Below are positions 59,088 through 64,000 of a stretch of DNA of 64,000 bases, piece by piece. The position numbers were made by a program, and so were the translations under genes. Origin of the DNA: Felis catus (lineage: Eukaryota); contig NC_058368.1 of the NCBI RefSeq assembly GCF_018350175.1, forward strand, positions 142,230,001 through 142,294,000, given 5' to 3'. The first letter of the stretch is position 1; every line of letters begins with the position of its first letter. The notes beneath the pieces are model-generated. The model saw only the letters and a program-made list of their open reading frames with translations. It had not been told where the DNA came from and made no database searches.

Positions 59088-59267
59088 GAGCACTTGAGTG
59101 GCTTAGTCAATTAAGCATCCAACTTTGGCTCAGGTCATGATTTCACAGTTCGTGAGTTCAAGCCCCACATTGGGCTCTGTGCTATTAGGACAGAGCCCAC
59201 TTCGGATCCTCTGAACTCCTCCCCTCTTGCACCTCCCTCCCCTCAAAAATTAATAAACATTAAAAAA
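59088..59267 (+). mobile_element. CanSINE
   Basis: TSD tgagttttgt. Confidence 0.9.
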
Positions 59268-60528
59268 TAGTGAGTTTTGTAATTCACGAATATGGGATAT
59301 TTCTCCATTTATTTAGATAGTATTAATTTCTTTCAGTATTCTTCCATTTTAATTATCCAAGTGTTGTACTTATTTTGGTGAATTTATTCCTAACTCCTTT
59401 GTTTTTTTAATATCATTTTGAGTGGAATTATTTTGTTAATTTTTTCTTTGGATTGTTTGTTGCAAGTAGTTGGAAGTACAATGGGCTTTTGTATATTGAT
59501 CTTGTATCTTTCTACCTTGCTAAACTCACTCAAGTCTAGTAGTTTGTGTGGGAGTGTTTACATGCACGCATGCACAAACATTGCATCTTTCTTTAGAAAC
59601 TGGTTATCTATAATCAATCTACCTTTCTTCCTTTTGTTGATTATACTTCTAGTAAAATTGGAATAAAAACAGAAAGAGTGACATCTATGCTTTGTTCCCC
59701 CTTTATGGGAGGATGCATTCATCATTAAGGATGATGTTAGCTCCAGAGTTTTTGCACTTGCTTTTTATTGGTTTGAAGAACCTCTCCTTTATTTCTGGTT
59801 TATTGAGAGTTTTTAGTCATGAATGGTGTATTTTCCCAGATGCTTTTTCTGTGTCTGCTTTTCTGTGACCTGTGGTTTTTTTCACTTTATTCCATTGATA
59901 TGGTGAGTTACACTGCTTTTTAGATATTAAACCAACCTTCTATTTGTGGGATAAATCTCATTTATTCCTGTGAGTCCTTTCTGACAGCTGTCATGAAGGT
60001 GTGGATTTTCACGCCTTAATTTACCTTGGTTGAAATGTCATTCCAGGAGAGTTGAGGGAAGAGAGCAGTTCCAGATGAGAGTGCTACAGACTCATGCTGT
60101 TCTTAACCAAAGTTCAGTAGTTTTTTGAATAAAACTTTTTCAATTTTATATGTCAGGGTATTGAAATGGTTTTTAGTTTTATCCAGTTTTTAAAAATCTT
60201 TATTTTTTGAGGAGAGGATTTGTTGACTTTGTCACTTTGTCATGCTAGAAGTGAATTTCTATTTCTTGATTGAGTTTCATGTGTCCTACACTCATTTCCT
60301 GCTGTTCATGGTGATACCTGAAGTTTCCATAGCTTGTGTGGCCCCTCCTTACAACTCCCCATACACGCCCTTTCTTTCCACAGTCCTTCCATTACTTGTA
60401 AGATAATTTTAGGTAGGTTAGTATTTGAAGTTCCTTGTTTACTACTATGTAAATATGTTTATAATTGGACTTTTTTTTGGTACAACTACCATTACTGCAG
60501 TAAATATTTGGCTTGTTTTGGTCTCTTC

Positions 60529-60533
<5 letters not shown>

Positions 60534-60581
<48 letters not shown>
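60534..60581. repeat. (CA)n microsatellite, about 23 units
   Basis: Read directly from the sequence. Confidence 0.95.
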
Positions 60582-60585
<4 letters not shown>

Positions 60586-60879
60586 ATACACCCTTTTGCT
60601 GAATCTTTGCATACTCCCTGGCATAACTGAAAAACTATGATTAAATATGAAGGTGATCTGTTTCTTTAATCTAGAGACTCAGATCCTTAAATTCTGGGAA
60701 AACTTACTGTTTTTTTGATTATTTCTTTGCTTTCTGTTTTCTTTGCATTCTTTTTAATAAAAAATCTTGTTAATCAGATATTGGAACTCTTGAGGAAAAT
60801 TAACGTTCTAATCTTTTTTCTTGTGTTGTTCATCCTTTTGTTTTATTATGCTTTCTAGAAAATTTCCTAAACTCTTTGC

Positions 60880-61880
60880 TAAGAATCAGGGTGACATTAA
60901 TCTTCTGAATACCACCACAAATCTAGAAGACAGTCGAGTATTGCTTTCAGTTTGAAGGAAATACAATTTCTAACCTAGAATTCTATACTCAAACTATCAA
61001 ATTAAATGTCAGATAGATGGTCAAACGAATTTCACAAAGTGTACCTTTCCTGTATCATTTCTCAGTATTCTCCTAGAATAGATGAGCACTGCCAAAAAGG
61101 AGAAAGTAAACTATGAAAAAGAAAACATGGGGTCCATAAACCAGGACTTCTAATACAAGAGAGATGTCCAGTTTATTTCCAGGATAGTGTTGAAGAGAGG
61201 TCTCAATATGACATGTTGGTGGCCATCCCAGAGGTTTATAAGTTTCAATTTGAACAGATTAGAAGATTTTAAGAGAAACATTTTCAAGAAGATAAGATTG
61301 ATAGAATTTTTAATGAATTTGAAAGATAGTTCAATATGTATGTATTCATGTATATAATGAATATATAAACATAGTTGCTAACTCTAAGAAATTGAGAATG
61401 GCTGTGCAGAGTAGCACATTTAGTTATAGTATACTTCTTGTTTCCGCTTTGAATAACATTTACATAGTTAAAAAAAGTGAGCAGTTCTAACAGACCAAAA
61501 TTATAGCTATATTTGGAAGGTCAGGGAAAACTAAGCGTCTGTGTGCAAGGTGGGGCTAGAAGTAGGGGAGAAGAATTTAAAGGAAAGTGAAATCCTTATT
61601 TCTAGAGTAGTAAATTGCTATTTAATGTTCAAATGAAAAATTGAGAAAGTAATAATCCAAGCATACTACTCCAGGTTATGGAGATAAGTGGTATCCAAAT
61701 AATCAGAATCAAAAATGGTTACATCTGAGGAATGGCAATGGATGGTGGAAGGGTTGTGGGGGCTGTTGGAAGATAACTTGTTTTTTGAAACAACTGTCTA
61801 GAGCTATTTGACTCTTTCAACTATTACACATACAACCTCAAATTATAAAAAAAAAACCCAAACTTAAAAAAAAATACATA
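60880..61880 (+). mobile_element. Ancient L1 fragments (ORF1-like region and 3' end), sense orientation
   Basis: ttctaacctagaattctatactcaaactatc (ORF1 PRILYP-like); 3' end ctatttgactctttcaact...aaaa. Confidence 0.55.
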
Positions 61881-62669
61881 CTATGAAGTGAATTGGAAGT
61901 TCTTTGAGTGTGAACAGGGCCTTTTGGTAGCCTTCATAGAGTAGGATGATACAGCCAAACCATTCTCTTTGTGTGCTGCCTGTGTTGGTGGTGGTTTTTT
62001 CTCTTAGAGGGTTTATTTTCCTCAGAAACAAATGTTTCAGAGTGGTTTTTTACTCTCCCACATGAGATTAACCTGGCTTCTGTTATCAGGGTTGTGTGAA
62101 AAGGAGACTGGGTACCCTGTTGATATTCAGACTATGAATGTTCACTTAATTTCTGTTTTCAGTATGAATGTGCTTCTCTGTTCTGGTGTCTTGGTTTGGG
62201 AATCCCTGTGGTTTGGTTTCTCCAGAGAGTAAGTGTCCCGTCTTCTGCCTTGGTTATAGAATGGCATTTGCCCTTAGGGAATGGGAGCAAGAATCTGAGG
62301 GCACATGGCTTCTTTGTAAAGACTTTCAGCCAGTCTTCATGTTTTGCTTGCATGTTGCTTTGCAGACATAGTTTGTGTTTCTAATTTTTGAGATTTTCTA
62401 AGGTTTGAGCTATTTTCACACAGTTTGTTTCATAACTTTCTCTGTTGACTTGGATTTCAGTTTTGTCTGTGGAATCAGTTACTAATTGCTAATCTCTTTT
62501 CCAGCTTAAAAAATTTTGTTACTGTCATCTTCTTTGTTTTGTCCCTGTCATTTTATACACAAGATTAAAAAAATATATCCAGGAACAAAATTACTTACTG
62601 TCATTTTAGTGGTACTTTGGAAGACAGTAGAGGTAAACTTGTAGGTTTAACTGGATATCGAGGTATACT

Positions 62670-64000
62670 TTATTTTTAATTTTTTATTAAGATATTTTAT
62701 TTTTTTTAGAGCAGTTTTAAGTTCATAACCAATTTGGGAGTATGGTACAGAGATTTCCCATATAACTCTTGCTCTCACATGTGCATAGCTCTCTCTTTTA
62801 CCTGTATCACTGCTAGAATGGTACATTTGTTAAAATTTCTGGACCTATATTGATGCATGATTATCACTCAAAGACTGTATTTTATATTAGGGTTCACTCT
62901 TGATGTTGCACATTTTAGAAATTTGAACAAATATAATGACATGTATCCACCGTTACAGTTTCATACATAGTAGTTTCTCTGCCATAAAAATCCTATGTGT
63001 TTGGCCTTTCATCCCACCCTATCCACTAACCCCTGGCAACTACTGATCTTTTTATTATCTCCATAGTTCTGCCTTCTCCAGAAAGTTCTCTTGTTGGAGT
63101 CACACAGTATGTAGCCTTTTCACATTTGCTTCTTTTACTTAGAAGAAAGTTAATGCACATTTTTATGTCTTTTATGGCTTGATAATTCATTTCTTTTTAG
63201 TGTGCTGTAAGATTCCTTTTTTTGGATTGGGGCACCTGGATGGCTCATTTGGTTGAGTGTCAGAGTCGGCTTTGGCTCTGGTCATGATCTCATGGTTCAT
63301 GAGTTTGGGCCCTGCATTGGGCTCTGTGCTGTCAGCATGGGGCCTGCTTGGGATTCTCTGTCTTCTCTCTGCCCTTCCCCCTGCTCACACAGACGTGTAC
63401 TCTCTCTAAATAAATCAATAAACTTAAAAAATATCAAAGATTCCTTTGGATGTACCACAGTTCGTTTATTCATTCAGTTACAGAAGGACATCTTAGTAGC
63501 TTCTAAGTTTTTGGCCATTGTTAATAAAACTGCTGTCAACATCTGTGTGCAGTTTTTGTGTGGGGATACGTTTTCAACTCCTTCAAGTATGAAATCAATG
63601 GAAAAAGTTAGGAATAAGTGACTTCTGGACAGTATTAACTCTTCTGTCCATGAACATGGAATATATATTTATTTATTTCCTTGATTTCTTTTATAGAGTT
63701 TTGTATTTTTCCTCCGATAGATCTTATACATGTGTTGTTGGATTTATACTTGCATATTTCATTTGTTTGGGTGGTGTTGTAAATGGGATTGTGTTTTTAA
63801 TTTCAAATTCCACTTGTTCATTGCTGCTATGTAGTGGTGCAGTTGATTTTTGTATGTTAACATCATGTGCTGCAACTTTGCATTAATTGGTTATAAATTC
63901 AAGGAGGTTTTGTTTATTCTTTCATATTTTCTGCAAACAAAGATGGTTTAAGTCCTTCTTTCTCAGTCTTTATGCCTTTTGTTTGTTTTTCTTGTCTCAC
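62670..64000 (-). mobile_element. Old L1 3' UTR and ORF2 fragments
   Basis: tttagagcagttttaagttcata...acagagatttcccatata; tccatgaacatggaatat. Confidence 0.85.
63229..63432 (+). mobile_element. CanSINE
   Basis: TSD aagattccttt. Confidence 0.92.

Larger units (their letters stand above)
57260..59970 (-). mobile_element. Old L1 (L1MB/MC-like) 3' UTR plus ORF2
   Basis: agctttattgagatatattttacataccataaaattcaccc 3' end; ORF2 relic YWCKDRLIVQWIRTES. Confidence 0.85.
1..64000 (+). other. SCAMP1: Body of the SCAMP1 gene (part of intron 1 to part of intron 6); first and last exons outside the window
   Basis: Five ordered in-frame exons. No start exon (MSDFDSNPF) and no downstream SDSSFRFF exon was found. 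Confidence 0.9.

Noticed and set aside
1..64000. Most ORFs in the six-frame track (e.g. MAQSVERLTSAQVMIS-type peptides and F/L/I-rich ORFs)
   Set aside because: They are recurrent translations of CanSINEs, frameshifted L1 ORF1/ORF2 relics, or chance ORFs in AT-rich DNA. None has independent gene structure.
39786..64000. Absence of the next SCAMP1 exon (SDSSFRFF...) as a sign of truncation or pseudogenisation
   Set aside because: All visible exons are intact. This intron is long in mammals as I recall and is further expanded by L1 here, so the exon is most simply beyond the window.
1..64000. CRISPR array, prokaryotic or viral system, endogenous retrovirus, or processed pseudogene
   Set aside because: I recognised no regularly spaced repeat-spacer array, operon-like ORFs, LTR-gag-pol signature or intronless gene copy.

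Overview
Mammalian genomic DNA from a feliform carnivore, most likely Felidae, judged from tRNA-derived CanSINEs of the SINEC_Fc type. The window lies inside one + strand gene, SCAMP1 (secretory carrier membrane protein 1). Five internal coding exons have canonical AG/GT boundaries and join in frame: 2419-2496, 30182-30280, 31309-31417, 34275-34403 and 39626-39785. These match exons 2-6 of the gene as I recall it. They encode the third NPF motif, the proline-rich region, the coiled coil, TM1-TM2 and the E-peptide [11 protein letters not shown]. The start exon and the last exons are outside the window. The rest is intron rich in transposable elements: about 48 CanSINEs (35 antisense and 13 sense by hand count), two nearly full-length degenerate carnivore L1s with target-site duplications (TSDs), older nested L1, L2 and MIR elements, and several DNA-transposon MITEs. 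I see no evidence of a new biological system. The most interesting observations are a chimeric SINE that may mark a recombination-mediated deletion, a candidate exon 3-6 circular RNA whose ORF would cover 495 of 497 nt, an L1 5' end about 390 bp upstream of exon 3, and a weak exon 4 donor followed by sense poly(A) signals. All functional interpretations are hypotheses. Repeat boundaries are approximate and subfamily names are from memory.
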